The notes beneath the pieces are model-generated. The model had not been told where the DNA came from and ran no database searches. It saw only the letters and a list, made by a program, of their open reading frames with translations. Shown here one piece after another: positions 32,138 through 41,975 of a DNA stretch of 64,000 nucleotides. Location of the stretch: positions 2,480,001-2,544,000 of the forward strand of contig VRMN01000001.1 of assembly GCA_008690995.1 (NCBI GenBank). The letters are read 5' to 3'. This stretch comes from Porphyridium purpureum. Lineage: Eukaryota. The translations under genes and the position numbers were made by a program. Position 1 is the first letter of the stretch. Each line of letters begins with the position of its first letter.

Positions 32138-32848
32138 CTACCACCGTGAGAAGGCGGCCATGAAGAAGCTCAAGGCAACAGTTCCAAGAAGGACGAGCCT
32201 GCTAATTGTTTCCCAGTCGTAATAGTCGTCCACAACCAAGTGCTCAGGGAGAAAGTGCGCATTCACGTAAGGCAAAGGCAGTCGCACGTCGGGTATCATA
32301 TCAAAGGTAACATAATGCCACGCCTCGAACGCCCAATAGAAACTTTCACTAAGCGTCTCATTGGCGCCTTCGGGGAGAACAGCGGTATGGTAAATTGCGG
32401 GAGGGCGCGGCGGCACGCTAAGTGCGACCCTGTTCAGCTGCGCCAAGGCGCGTTGCTCCTTCACTTGGTTCACGTAGATGGGAATCACCTGATTATGCTC
32501 GAACGCTGAGCAACACAATTTGCACTGTGGGCCCATGGAGTTCACGCACTGTAGATGGCTCGCGGCCACGCCGCAGAGGTCTGTGGAACACTCTTCCGGC
32601 ACGCTTCCCCGTGAATGCGCGCTGCGGGTGCAAGAAAGGAACAAACAGCTCCAACAGTACACATGCCCGCAGCTGAGCGTCACAACCGGCTCGTGCGCCA
32701 TTCTCCCACATACCAAACACAAGAACACGTCGCGGTTACTTGGCATATCCGCGGCCTTGTTTTGTCCATCCTGCTTCGCGCCGGCGTCTTCCGCGACGCC
32801 ACGAAGCGCTGCCTCCATCGACGCAGACAAGGATGGTATTGATGTCAT
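32138..32848 (-). CDS. RING-finger E3 ligase, RNF5/RMA1-like, with C-terminal membrane anchor
   Basis: CLVC...PVVTLSCGHVYCWSCL...CKLC...VIPIY...VPPRP; hydrophobic C-terminus. Confidence 0.8.
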   Translation of the reverse strand: MTSIPSLSASMEAALRGVAEDAGAKQDGQNKAADMPSNRDVFLCLVCGRMAHEPVVTLSCGHVYCWSCLFLSCTRSAHSRGSVPEECSTDLCGVAASHLQCVNSMGPQCKLCCSAFEHNQVIPIYVNQVKEQRALAQLNRVALSVPPRPPAIYHTAVLPEGANETLSESFYWAFEAWHYVTFDMIPDVRLPLPYVNAHFLPEHLVVDDYYDWETISRLVLLGTVALSFFMAAFSRW

Positions 32849-33133
32849 GTATCCGCATACGCACAAGCAGGGAGCAATACGCGCAGCCGTAGAGCGCTGA
32901 GCAAGTGCCACACACGCGCGTTGTTTATCAGGCAGCGGCGGACGTGTTGCTTCAGAAGGCGCCTTGTCCTCTTCTGTCGGAGCGAGGAGCCATTTTCTAC
33001 CTAAACGCACGGCTTTTTCGAAAGGCGAAGAAAAAGATGACCGTTTTCCAGAAGCATGATGACAAAGCCCAACCGTGTACACTAAACTAACTGTACTTGT
33101 CTCTTCTCGGTTCGAGCGCGGCAGCGTCTCGGC

Positions 33134-34822
33134 TCATGGAGAGATCTTGAAGAGACCAAGTACCAAATCGCCCAGGAACGTCTCACTGTTCTGACCAGAC
33201 CCAACGGTCAGAACAAAGACCGGCCGCTCAAGCACAATCGCTGGCCCTTCCAGGTTCACTTCTTCCACGCTGAACTCCAACGGACCTCCGGGCGACGGTT
33301 CAAGATAGTACAGGATCTTTGAGCAAAAGTCCGTGAAGACATACTTCCCCGTCAGGAAAGTCTCGTCGTCGCGCTCGTAGACTGAACCGCCCGAAATACT
33401 GCAGCCTCCGCCCTGATGCGTGTATTCGCCAATGGGCACCGTGAACGCCGACGAACCGCACTCTGGCACCTCAATGTCTCGCTGAACGCATCCGGCGATG
33501 CGATTAATGCATCTTGATCCTTCCAAGCGCGGCCACCCAAGGTTCACCAACGGGTCTGCGGGCATGCGCGAAACAGGAACGCGAGAAACCTCTTCGATGT
33601 CGTTTTGGCCGACATCAGCAATGTACAGAAACCCATTATGAATCGAAATACGCCACGGGTTGCGCACCCCAATCAAAAAGATTGATGGGTCATACCCATC
33701 TTCGTTATCGGCCAGTGGATTCGACGCGGGCACAAGGTATGGCTCTGAGTCGTCTGCGCCAACGTCCACATCTATACGCAGGATGCTGCCCAACGCGGAA
33801 GCTCGGTTTTGGCCATAACACGCAGGGTCATTCCCAGAACCGCCGTCTCCTAGTGCAACGAACAAAAGCCCGCTTGCGTCAAAACGCAAACCGCCGCCAT
33901 TATGGTTACTAAAGGGTTGCGCTGTCTCAAGGATGATCTTCAACGATCCTGGGTCTAAGACAAAGCTGCTACCCGGCATCAACGTGAAACGAGCCACCGT
34001 TGTGCGCCGAGCCCCGTCCAAAGGTGAAAAGTTGATGAACACGTAACCGTTCGTTTCAAAGTTTGGATGCACGGCGATGCCCAGCGCGCCAAGTTCTGCA
34101 TTCTGGCTCACAGAAAGTTGCAACGCGTCACCGATTGGTACTGACAAATCGTTAGCGTACGCACGAACTAGCCCCTGTCGGAAGAGTAAATATTTCATGT
34201 TGCTGCCTGCCTGCGTCAGATCCATAATTTGTGGTTCAGTCAGAACCTGCGCCAGTGTCGCTCGCGGGGAGGGCATCGGCGATGGGCTCGGTGATGGGCT
34301 CGGCGATGGGCTCGGCGATGGGCTTGGCGACGGGCTTGGCGATAGGCTCGGCGACGGGCTCGGCGACGGGCTCGGCGATGGGCTCGGCGATGGGCTCGGC
34401 GATGGGCTGGGCGATGGGCTTGGCGACGGGCTTGGCGATAGGCTTGGCGACGGGCTTGGCGATGTCGTTGTCCCACTCACACGTGCCAGCACCCGCCCGA
34501 ACCGAAGTGAGCAGTCCACTAAGCCTTGTTCGTCCTCCGTCCCAACAGGCACGAAGACGGCCGCTTGACCCTCCTCGCACACCTCTACGGCGGCGCTCAC
34601 GTCCTGATCACACGCGCATCGAAACGCGGAGCAGTCCTGGAAGTCGCATACCCCCGCGTTCCCACCGACTGGCTGGGCGCACCGCAGCCCAGTCTCCTCA
34701 AAGCATGCGCACAGTTCGGTCCCACACTCCGTCTGCGCGCATGCGAGACTGATAAAAGCGAACGCAACGACCACGAGTGGCACGAGCAACGCGCGCATCC
34801 CGCTCTTTGTCAACACCCTCAT
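33134..34822 (-). CDS. Secreted PQQ-dependent glucose/sorbosone dehydrogenase-like (HHIP-like) beta-propeller protein with Cys-rich N-domain and (SP)n linker
   Basis: Signal peptide; [54 protein letters not shown]. Confidence 0.88.
   Translation of the reverse strand: MRVLTKSGMRALLVPLVVVAFAFISLACAQTECGTELCACFEETGLRCAQPVGGNAGVCDFQDCSAFRCACDQDVSAAVEVCEEGQAAVFVPVGTEDEQGLVDCSLRFGRVLARVSGTTTSPSPSPSLSPSPSPSPSPSPSPSPSPSPSPSPSPSPSPSLSPSPSPSPSPSPSPSPSPSPSPMPSPRATLAQVLTEPQIMDLTQAGSNMKYLLFRQGLVRAYANDLSVPIGDALQLSVSQNAELGALGIAVHPNFETNGYVFINFSPLDGARRTTVARFTLMPGSSFVLDPGSLKIILETAQPFSNHNGGGLRFDASGLLFVALGDGGSGNDPACYGQNRASALGSILRIDVDVGADDSEPYLVPASNPLADNEDGYDPSIFLIGVRNPWRISIHNGFLYIADVGQNDIEEVSRVPVSRMPADPLVNLGWPRLEGSRCINRIAGCVQRDIEVPECGSSAFTVPIGEYTHQGGGCSISGGSVYERDDETFLTGKYVFTDFCSKILYYLEPSPGGPLEFSVEEVNLEGPAIVLERPVFVLTVGSGQNSETFLGDLVLGLFKISP
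34277..34463. repeat. Coding tandem repeat (GGCGAYGGGCTY, 12-bp unit) encoding (Ser-Pro)n
   Basis: About 15 tandem copies seen directly; translates to SPSPSP on the minus strand. Confidence 0.95.
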
Positions 34823-35079
34823 GTTGTCTTTCCCGCGGGCGCGCGCGCGCGGCCGGCCACTTCCTTCCTTTGCTGTAATTACGCCGCCGCCTCCAAAACG
34901 AGAGCCGCGGCGTGAAACTGTTTCAAGCGATGCATCTGCGTCGTGAACTGGAACCAGAGCGACGAGCACCTCAACGATACGCGTTCCGTAAATTCAGAGC
35001 CGTGCAGGATATTTTTTTCGTTCAGTCACGCTGTACACAAACACACCGTGTTTATTGTTGAGTGTGCGTAGGGGGAGAC

Positions 35080-36663
35080 TTACGCATCAGCTGGGAGTGG
35101 CGTGAGGCGTTGTTTGCATGAGCTGAAAATGGTGGAGAAGAGCCGAACTTGGCCAATGGCGTCCATGACATCTGGCACAGGCACGCGGAGGGCGACGAAG
35201 CGCTTGCGGAGATCCTTGGACCCGGAGATGGCGAGCAGGTTGTGATGCTCCAGAGAGGTCTGGCACAGGTCGACAAATTGCGACATCGACACGTGCTGCA
35301 CGTTCAGAACGCGCGCTTGGCGCGACATCTCGTCGTATAGTGTGCCCAGAGTCAGACGGCGCTGGCCATGCTGCGCAAGACTGAACACAAGGCGCACGGC
35401 GCACGCCAGTGTGAGTTGTTGGTGCAGCGGTAGGCCCTGCATCACCGCAATGCTCGCTCCGCTTCCGCCTTTGGCTTGTAAAAGAGCACACACACGGCCG
35501 AGGTAGTATCCTGCATCGCGGCGCGGTGCGCTTTCACTCGCCTCGCATCCGGCGTCGTTTGCGACCTTGTGGCTCGGAAGGCTGTCCGCGCCGGCTCCAT
35601 GGTCGCAGTACAAGGCGCTGAGAAGCACTTGCCGAGCTATGCGTACATCTCCGGTCGTCGCCGCCACGCGCTTGCAGCACAGCTGAAGCGCAGGCTTGAT
35701 TGCATCTGCATCGGGATGCTCGGCAACGTGTGCCTGGAGAATGTGTGCGAGGGCGTCGGCCGTGTAGCTGGTAAACAGCACGGTTTCTGGCATGGATGCC
35801 GACGCACGCAGCCACGGTACCGCACGCGTGGGCATATCGAGAGCATTTGCGATGCCCACGATACCAATTCTACCTGCTGATCGTTTTGGCAGTTCAAAAA
35901 CCGAATACAGCAAGGATTGGTCCCGAGATAGCAGAAAATCCATCTCATCAAAAACCAGCAACACACGCCGCGCTCCTGAGCCTGATCGAGACACAGTGGC
36001 CACAAGCTGTTCGCAAGCCGTTCTAGAGTCCATGCCGAGAACGCAAGCATCCTTATTTCCAGACTTTCTTCTCAGTTGCTCGAGTACCGTGGGCAGGAGC
36101 GCATTGGCGTTGTCCCGGAACTCGGCACAGTTTACGGAGATAACATCGATACGGTCGCTCAGTGCAGAAACCACGCGACTGACTGTCAAAGATTTGCCAG
36201 TTCCAGGAAGGCCGCACACGTAAACATTTGCCACTGGACTGGCACGCACATTTTCCCCTTGCCGAGAGGGAGGAGCAGACGCGTCTGCGAAGGCGTGAAG
36301 TATTTCAGCCAATCTTTGGGACTCTTGCTCGCGCCCGAACACCACATGAGACACCTGGGCAGCCTGTTTGACTGTCGCGGCTCTCATCGGCTGCGCGTCG
36401 GTTCGCTCCTTTGCGCTGCCCTTTCCCAGCTCAATCGCAGGCACGCCAACGGAGATACGTGTCGCTTTGCTGATTTTGCCAAACTTGATTCGCGGTCCCG
36501 AGCGAGACGACTGCAGCTTCTGCGGCTCCTGTGACGTTTTCTCTCGCGCGAGTCGATGCGCGTCTGCTGCTGCCTGACTGGCAAGGCGCCCATTCTCACC
36601 AGCCGCAAGCCGGCGCGCGCCGAGATCGGCCGCCAGGCTGCCTTGCCGGGTCCTTGTGACCAT
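35080..36663 (-). CDS. CDC6: Cell division control protein 6
   Basis: VYVCGLPGTGKS, VNC, VFDEMDFL, GIANALD, YTADAL, TGDVR, LPLHQQL; winged-helix C-terminus. Confidence 0.9.
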   Translation of the reverse strand: MVTRTRQGSLAADLGARRLAAGENGRLASQAAADAHRLAREKTSQEPQKLQSSRSGPRIKFGKISKATRISVGVPAIELGKGSAKERTDAQPMRAATVKQAAQVSHVVFGREQESQRLAEILHAFADASAPPSRQGENVRASPVANVYVCGLPGTGKSLTVSRVVSALSDRIDVISVNCAEFRDNANALLPTVLEQLRRKSGNKDACVLGMDSRTACEQLVATVSRSGSGARRVLLVFDEMDFLLSRDQSLLYSVFELPKRSAGRIGIVGIANALDMPTRAVPWLRASASMPETVLFTSYTADALAHILQAHVAEHPDADAIKPALQLCCKRVAATTGDVRIARQVLLSALYCDHGAGADSLPSHKVANDAGCEASESAPRRDAGYYLGRVCALLQAKGGSGASIAVMQGLPLHQQLTLACAVRLVFSLAQHGQRRLTLGTLYDEMSRQARVLNVQHVSMSQFVDLCQTSLEHHNLLAISGSKDLRKRFVALRVPVPDVMDAIGQVRLFSTIFSSCKQRLTPLPADA

Positions 36664-36876
36664 GCCTATGTGTAGATCAATCCAGCACCTTCGGAAGGAC
36701 TTGCTTCAATTCTGAGACCAGTCACGTCGGTCGGCATCATCAAGCTGCGGCCTGGCGCTCCGCAGCACAACCCAAGTTTGCGCGCGAACGACGCACGGGG
36801 CACTGAGCACAGCTGAACCTTTTTCATAAGTAAACCACCGCATGGAATGAGAACATCCGCTTGAGCCAAGCCTTTT

Positions 36877-37178
36877 CGTGGGTTTTCTGTTAACGATCAA
36901 CGAAGAACCCTTTTACTATTCCCCTTCCCTTACCTTCTCTCTTTTCTTCTAGGCTTATCCGTCTGCCATCTCTGCGCGACCGCACCCACTATATAGACGC
37001 CCGCCGGGTCCTTGTTGATGCAATCTGACCACATCGAGTCACGTCACATCGGCATCCGGCGGGACGCTAGTCGAGTCACATCGCATTACACCCGCTGAAT
37101 CCCCGTCACGACGTCCCGGTACGTTCGCACTCGCCCTTCCGCACGCCCATCGACGAGTGGGACGGGCAACTTTCCACG
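36877..37178 (-). repeat. 3' LTR (302 bp)
   Basis: Direct repeat of 41976-42277; ends CGTGG...CCACG; contains CTATATAG (36989-36996). Confidence 0.97.
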
Positions 37179-40100
37179 CGCCCCGTGCACGTCTCGCTCT
37201 CGATCGTTGGAAGCGCCCTTCCTAAGGTTGGCAATAGCACGTGTAAATGCCACTCGTTCCATCGGCTTCGTGAAGATGTCTGCGCAATTCGATATTCCGG
37301 GGACAGACACGAGGTTCGAGTCTTCTCCATCAAAAGCGTCCGAGAGGGTGGCTACAGTGACGCCGTGTGTCTTCCCGAGACTTGCCATCTTGGCGGAGTA
37401 TCCTCGTCGAACGGCCTTCACCGCTGCTTCGCTGTCGCAACACACAGCGAGCGGTACGCGCGTTCCAACGAGCCCTCGGATTACAACTTCGGCGTTAGGA
37501 ATCGTAGTTCGCATGATCCTGCCAAGGGCGGTGAGTTCCGCCTCCGCGGTGGATAATACCGAGGCCCGTTGTGCTTTCGAAAACCAATCTACCAAGTAGT
37601 TCTCTTCTCCGTTTGAGAAGTATACGCAACCGCCGGAAGTTGACCGCCGCGTCGCGGGACAGCCTGCATGGTCGCTATCTGAAAAGGCGACTATTCGTAC
37701 CTGATCTCCCAGGCGCCCCGCGCTGCCGTATTCCAAGACACTATCCTGGCTCCCGTGCACGTACCGCACGATTCGGTCGAGAATCGCCGATGCTGCCTTG
37801 CTCCACTTGTCCACAAAGCGCGAGACATATGCGACCGAGTATGCTATTTCGGGCTTTACCGTGCGTGCGAGCCACATTAGGCGTCCGACGTGTTGCCGGC
37901 AAGTCGTACTGACTTCCGCTTCGTCGTAGAGCGCCGCCTCTGGAAATACCATGGGGGTTGCCGCATCGCGCGTGCCCCTCGTCCTCACAGTCGAGTCGCG
38001 CTCGTACTCATCTATAATGGTCTTTGCGTAGTCCGTACCATCAATCTTTACCCTTCCGTTCGTTCTGGAAATCCGCATGCCAAGGTGAAGGACCGGGCTC
38101 TCGCCGAGCCACTGCGGTTGCTCGTCGATCACGAATTCTTGATATAACTCACTCATGGCATTCCGTGCCTCGTCTTTCCGCCCCGCTAAGACCACGTCGT
38201 CAACGTACATTACCAAGACGAGTCCTGCCGCGTTCCCCTCGAGGCTTCTACGGATATACACTCCTGCTGTGACCTCCACCCATCCGAGACGCAACAAGCG
38301 ACTACGAGCTTCGCGCGCGAAGTCCGCTCCCGCTCTCGGTAATCCGTACATTGCCTTGCGGAGATGATGGGCGGTGCCCGTCTTCCCGCCTGCCTCGCTG
38401 GGAAGGATTACATACACCGGTCCCCCGCTGCACTCGGCCTGCAGGTAGGCGCTGGTGATGTCAACAAAGCCCACTTCTAATTCGTTCATCTGCGCCCACG
38501 CCAGCACGATCCTTAGCGCAGCTAAAGATGCCGGCGCCTCGTAGGGAACGGTAAGAGACACTGGGACCCCCGTCATGTCCGTAATGCGATCCCCCCCGGC
38601 CACGAGCCTTGCCTTGATCTTGCGCTCCTCAACAGGACGCTCCGTGTGCTTTTCGGCTACCACCATGTGCGCCCTTACAATAAGTCCCTCGGTAATGGAG
38701 TTCAGAGTGACCGGTTCCGGATCCCACACGCCGAAGCGCCGCATTTGCCCGAGCTCATTCTCAATGGCCTCAGCTGCCCTTCCATCCGTGGTGGCTTCTC
38801 GTCTGCTCATTACCCTGGTAACATTTATGGTCACGGAAGGAAAGCGCGCCGCTATTCGGGCCGAGCGACGGGCGTTCTTCTTTGTACGCCTGATTTCTTT
38901 GCCCTCCTTAGCCGCCCGCCGCGCCGCGACCTCCTGGCTTAGCTGCTTTTCCCGCTCGTCGATGGCCTTCAGGCGTTCCGTGATTGCTTCAACCCTCGCT
39001 TTGATTCCCGTCTCTTCCGACGCGACGTTGTCGCGCTGTGCGACTGCCAAATCCCCGTCCGGATCGTACGCGATCACCTTTTCCATTTCTGCGAGCGGTT
39101 CTGCGCCCGGCACGCGCATGGTGAAGTCTTTGAATACTCTGAAATCTCTTGTCCACGTCGTCGCTCCAGACCCTGTCTCGAGAACTTCGAGGGCGGCGGG
39201 GTGGTCCCGAGCCCCGACGACCACTCCCTCGCGCGTGGTAGGAGCGAACTTGTTGGCTACGTCGTCCACTTTATAGACCACCCGCGATCCGAATGGAGCC
39301 ATCAGCCATGGCTTGCCGCTCTCGACCCATCCCTGTCCGTATCTGCGCTCAAAGGGAGTTAGTCCGTCCCTACCCAGGTGCACCCGATTGTACCAGAACG
39401 CGAAGAATTTGGCTGCTCTGAAAAACCAGACGACGTGCAAACCCGATTGCCATAAGAGGCAACGAATGACGGCATTCAACGTGTGGTGCAGTCTTTCCAG
39501 TCGCGCGTGTCCGTTCGGTCTATGAGGGATGCAGAGGGTATGTTCAACGTTCCTCTCGCGCAGAACGCGCGCGAACGCGCCCCTAAACTCGCTGCCCGAA
39601 TCTGTGCGCATCCGTTTCGGCCAATCTCTCCCAGCTTGGCACTCGACAAGCGCCTCGCGGCAGGCCAGGGCAGTCTTATCGACGACTCCCGCGACTTCTA
39701 TCCACCCCGTGTGCTCGTCGACATGTGTCAGGATGTATCGATATCCTTCCCGCGAACGGACCTTGGCGCCGGCGTCGACCAGGTCCACCCCTATTTCTTC
39801 GTCAAAGCGTGCAGCGACCCCAGGTGCTCGCGCGTGCGCGTCGACATCAATTCGGTAAGACGGCCGCATTTTCAGCTTCGCCCTTGTACAAACCTCGCAC
39901 GACGTGCGAGCAGGCATGTGCAGGAGCGCGTGTCCGTCGGGCACATTTGAAACTGTGGTGCCAAGGGCGAGACGATCGACCCATGTCATTGCGCGTCGAA
40001 TACCTCGTATCGCATTTGGCGCTCCATCGTCGCTTGAACTTGACGCTATGTCGCCGGTTTGTGCCTCCCCCGGCGAATCAGGTTCTGGGATCAGGCTACA

Positions 40101-41201
40101 GTCTCCGGAAGGGTATGCGGTTTCCTTCAACGCACTGCCGCCATGCCGCGACCCGATTTTACTCCTGACTAGCGAGTCTTGCGCAGGGTCCGTGTTGCTC
40201 CTCGCCTTCGTTTTGCCCATCACTTGGTCCCTTCCTCGCGTCCGTACCTCCGTTTCGCGGCACTCAGCCGACTTCGCCAACGGGGTGCCTTTGCATGCTT
40301 GGTTCGAATGGACCTCGACATTCGCCCCCATGTTCGGCCTATCTGTTTCGCAATCTACGCGCTCCGGGCTCATATTCCCGTTCTCGTAACCGTTCGCTCC
40401 TGTCGAGCATGCGTTGGAGCTCCCCGCGCTCTCTTCATCGCTCAGCCCTGATGACTTTCCGACGTTCTTTTCATGCACGCGCCCCGCGCTTGTGTCTCGG
40501 TTCACGCATGGCCCGTCCACATGTACGCTCGAGCGCCCCGCGCTCCGTCCTTGATTTCGCGGCTGCGGATTGACAGAGCTTGCTTCCACGTGCCCTGCGC
40601 TCCCGTTCTGCTCTCTGCCCGGCCCAGCCGTTCGTCCGCTCGTGCGCCCTGCGCTCCCGTTCTGCTCTCTGCCCGGCCCAGCCGTTCCTCCGCTCGTGCG
40701 CCCTGCGCTCTCGTTCTGCTCTCTGCCCGGCCCAGCCGTTCCTCCGCTCGTGCGCCCTGCGCTCCCGTTCTGCTCCTTGTCCCTTTTCAAGTTCATATCT
40801 TCCCGCTTACGCATGAAAATGCTCCCGTCCTCGTAATCAATGACCATCCCAGTACGCGTCAGGAACTCCATACCGATGACGAGGTCGGTCATCAGTGCCG
40901 GACATACAATCGCACGGCAGCGACGTGACCCGATGCCGTTCAGCTCCAAATGACCGAGAAGGCTCCCGACAACATTAGTCTTGCGCCCGTCGGCAAGGAC
41001 GGCCTGAAGTCCCGGTGTCGCTTCGCAAAATGATAATAACCCTGAATGGCGCACCCATGCCTTATCCACAAAGACATGTGTGGCGCCACAGTCTACGATT
41101 GCCATCGCACGTTTCCCGCAGAAGCGAACGTGCAACGTCAGAAGTTCTGACGGCTCCCGCGCCGACACCTGCCCTAGTCTCGGCGCGGGGCGCCTTTTCC
41201 C
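37086..41201 (-). CDS. pol: Retrotransposon Pol (protease, integrase, RT, RNase H), entered by -1 frameshift from gag
   Basis: PR: IVDCGATH...IGMEFL. IN: HxxxH..CxxC, GVDLVD, RTDSGSEF, LER. RT: KARLVAGG, DITSAYLQ, LRKAMYGL, YVDD. RH: FSDSDHAG..RRSTSG, STAEAE, CDS, ADIFTK. Confidence 0.95.
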   Translation of the reverse strand, partial: GKRRPAPRLGQVSAREPSELLTLHVRFCGKRAMAIVDCGATHVFVDKAWVRHSGLLSFCEATPGLQAVLADGRKTNVVGSLLGHLELNGIGSRRCRAIVCPALMTDLVIGMEFLTRTGMVIDYEDGSIFMRKREDMNLKRDKEQNGSAGRTSGGTAGPGREQNESAGRTSGGTAGPGREQNGSAGRTSGRTAGPGREQNGSAGHVEASSVNPQPRNQGRSAGRSSVHVDGPCVNRDTSAGRVHEKNVGKSSGLSDEESAGSSNACSTGANGYENGNMSPERVDCETDRPNMGANVEVHSNQACKGTPLAKSAECRETEVRTRGRDQVMGKTKARSNTDPAQDSLVRSKIGSRHGGSALKETAYPSGDCSLIPEPDSPGEAQTGDIASSSSDDGAPNAIRGIRRAMTWVDRLALGTTVSNVPDGHALLHMPARTSCEVCTRAKLKMRPSYRIDVDAHARAPGVAARFDEEIGVDLVDAGAKVRSREGYRYILTHVDEHTGWIEVAGVVDKTALACREALVECQAGRDWPKRMRTDSGSEFRGAFARVLRERNVEHTLCIPHRPNGHARLERLHHTLNAVIRCLLWQSGLHVVWFFRAAKFFAFWYNRVHLGRDGLTPFERRYGQGWVESGKPWLMAPFGSRVVYKVDDVANKFAPTTREGVVVGARDHPAALEVLETGSGATTWTRDFRVFKDFTMRVPGAEPLAEMEKVIAYDPDGDLAVAQRDNVASEETGIKARVEAITERLKAIDEREKQLSQEVAARRAAKEGKEIRRTKKNARRSARIAARFPSVTINVTRVMSRREATTDGRAAEAIENELGQMRRFGVWDPEPVTLNSITEGLIVRAHMVVAEKHTERPVEERKIKARLVAGGDRITDMTGVPVSLTVPYEAPASLAALRIVLAWAQMNELEVGFVDITSAYLQAECSGGPVYVILPSEAGGKTGTAHHLRKAMYGLPRAGADFAREARSRLLRLGWVEVTAGVYIRRSLEGNAAGLVLVMYVDDVVLAGRKDEARNAMSELYQEFVIDEQPQWLGESPVLHLGMRISRTNGRVKIDGTDYAKTIIDEYERDSTVRTRGTRDAATPMVFPEAALYDEAEVSTTCRQHVGRLMWLARTVKPEIAYSVAYVSRFVDKWSKAASAILDRIVRYVHGSQDSVLEYGSAGRLGDQVRIVAFSDSDHAGCPATRRSTSGGCVYFSNGEENYLVDWFSKAQRASVLSTAEAELTALGRIMRTTIPNAEVVIRGLVGTRVPLAVCCDSEAAVKAVRRGYSAKMASLGKTHGVTVATLSDAFDGEDSNLVSVPGISNCADIFTKPMERVAFTRAIANLRKGASNDRERDVHGARGKLPVPLVDGRAEGRVRTYRDVVTGIQRV
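40592..40775. repeat. 54-bp tandem repeat (~3.4 copies) in the pol PR-IN spacer
   Basis: Encodes EQNGSAGRTSGGTAGPGR repeats. Confidence 0.93.
41156..41201 (-). promoter_or_regulatory. Programmed -1 ribosomal frameshift signal
   Basis: G GGA AAA heptamer (41201-41195) in gag frame, 5-nt spacer, then 10-bp stem CCCGCGCCGA/TCGGCGCGGG (41189-41156). Confidence 0.85.
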
Positions 41202-41914
41202 GGCTGCGCCTGCGCTCGCGCGCGGTGCGGCTTGGGGCAGTCTCGCGCAAAGTGCCCGCGTTCCTCGCAGTTGTAACAGGTTACCTCCATAGCCTGCGCC
41301 CCGATTTCCATTGGTGCCGAGCTCTCTCCATACGGCACGTCGAAAGCGCGCGTCGGGCCTGAGCGATGGTGGATCCCAAGACCCTGGGATGATGGCGAAC
41401 CGCGACGCGCCGCCACGAATGCGTCCTCCGCGCAAAGGGCAACTCGGCAGGCCTCATCGAGGCTACTTGGATTCTCCTTCATAACTTCGAACGCTATGGC
41501 GGGCTTAAGTCCACGCGTGAACTTGTCCAACGCCTCCGCGGCACCCACGTCCTCACACGCTAGGACCAGGTCCCTGAACTCGGCCGCGTACACCGCTACG
41601 CCCCTCGTCTGGCGCCATCCATGCAGCGCATCTCGCGCGCGACGCTTGTAGTCCGCCGGCAAGAACTGTTCCATAAACACCGTTCGAAACCCGGCCCAAT
41701 TCTCTGGACGGACCGGCAGGCCACGCAACCACTGCAATGCAGTATCCGTCAAGTAGCTCATGGCTACGTTGACTCCTTCGCGCTCAGAGCTGGCGAACGG
41801 CAGAACCTTCGTCTCCACTTCGAACAACCAGTTCATCACCACTCGCTGGTTCCGCTGCCCCGCGAACTGGCTGAGCCGCGCCGGCCTCACAACTGGCCCC
41901 GTCTCCTCGTCCAT
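41174..41914 (-). CDS. gag: Retrotransposon Gag (Ty3/gypsy-type capsid + CCHC zinc knuckle)
   Basis: YLTDTALQW, WAGFRTVFMEQF, WRQTRGVAVYAAEFRDL, FTRGLK, PMEIG, CYNCEERGHFARDC. Confidence 0.95.
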   Translation of the reverse strand: MDEETGPVVRPARLSQFAGQRNQRVVMNWLFEVETKVLPFASSEREGVNVAMSYLTDTALQWLRGLPVRPENWAGFRTVFMEQFLPADYKRRARDALHGWRQTRGVAVYAAEFRDLVLACEDVGAAEALDKFTRGLKPAIAFEVMKENPSSLDEACRVALCAEDAFVAARRGSPSSQGLGIHHRSGPTRAFDVPYGESSAPMEIGAQAMEVTCYNCEERGHFARDCPKPHRARAQAQPGKGAPRRD

Positions 41915-41954
41915 CCCGACAGGCCCCGCACCAGAGACTACCGCTCCTCACCCG

Positions 41955-41975
41955 CCGAACCGGGCGATGATACCA
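41955..41975 (-). other. Primer-binding site (probably initiator tRNA-Met)
   Basis: Minus strand TGGTATCATCGCCCGGTTCGG directly abutting the 5' LTR; TGGTATCA is the usual tRNAiMet PBS start. Confidence 0.8.

Noticed and set aside
34077..34752. Alternative-frame ORFs (GDGL, AEPI, ARRQ repeats)
   Set aside because: Shadow translations of the (SP)n repeat in the dehydrogenase gene
40592..40775. CRISPR-like array
   Set aside because: Contiguous tandem repeats with no unique spacers, inside pol; eukaryotic context and no cas genes
41202..41435. Independent pol start at 41435
   Set aside because: Overlaps gag, has no domain content, and a -1 frameshift signal explains entry into pol
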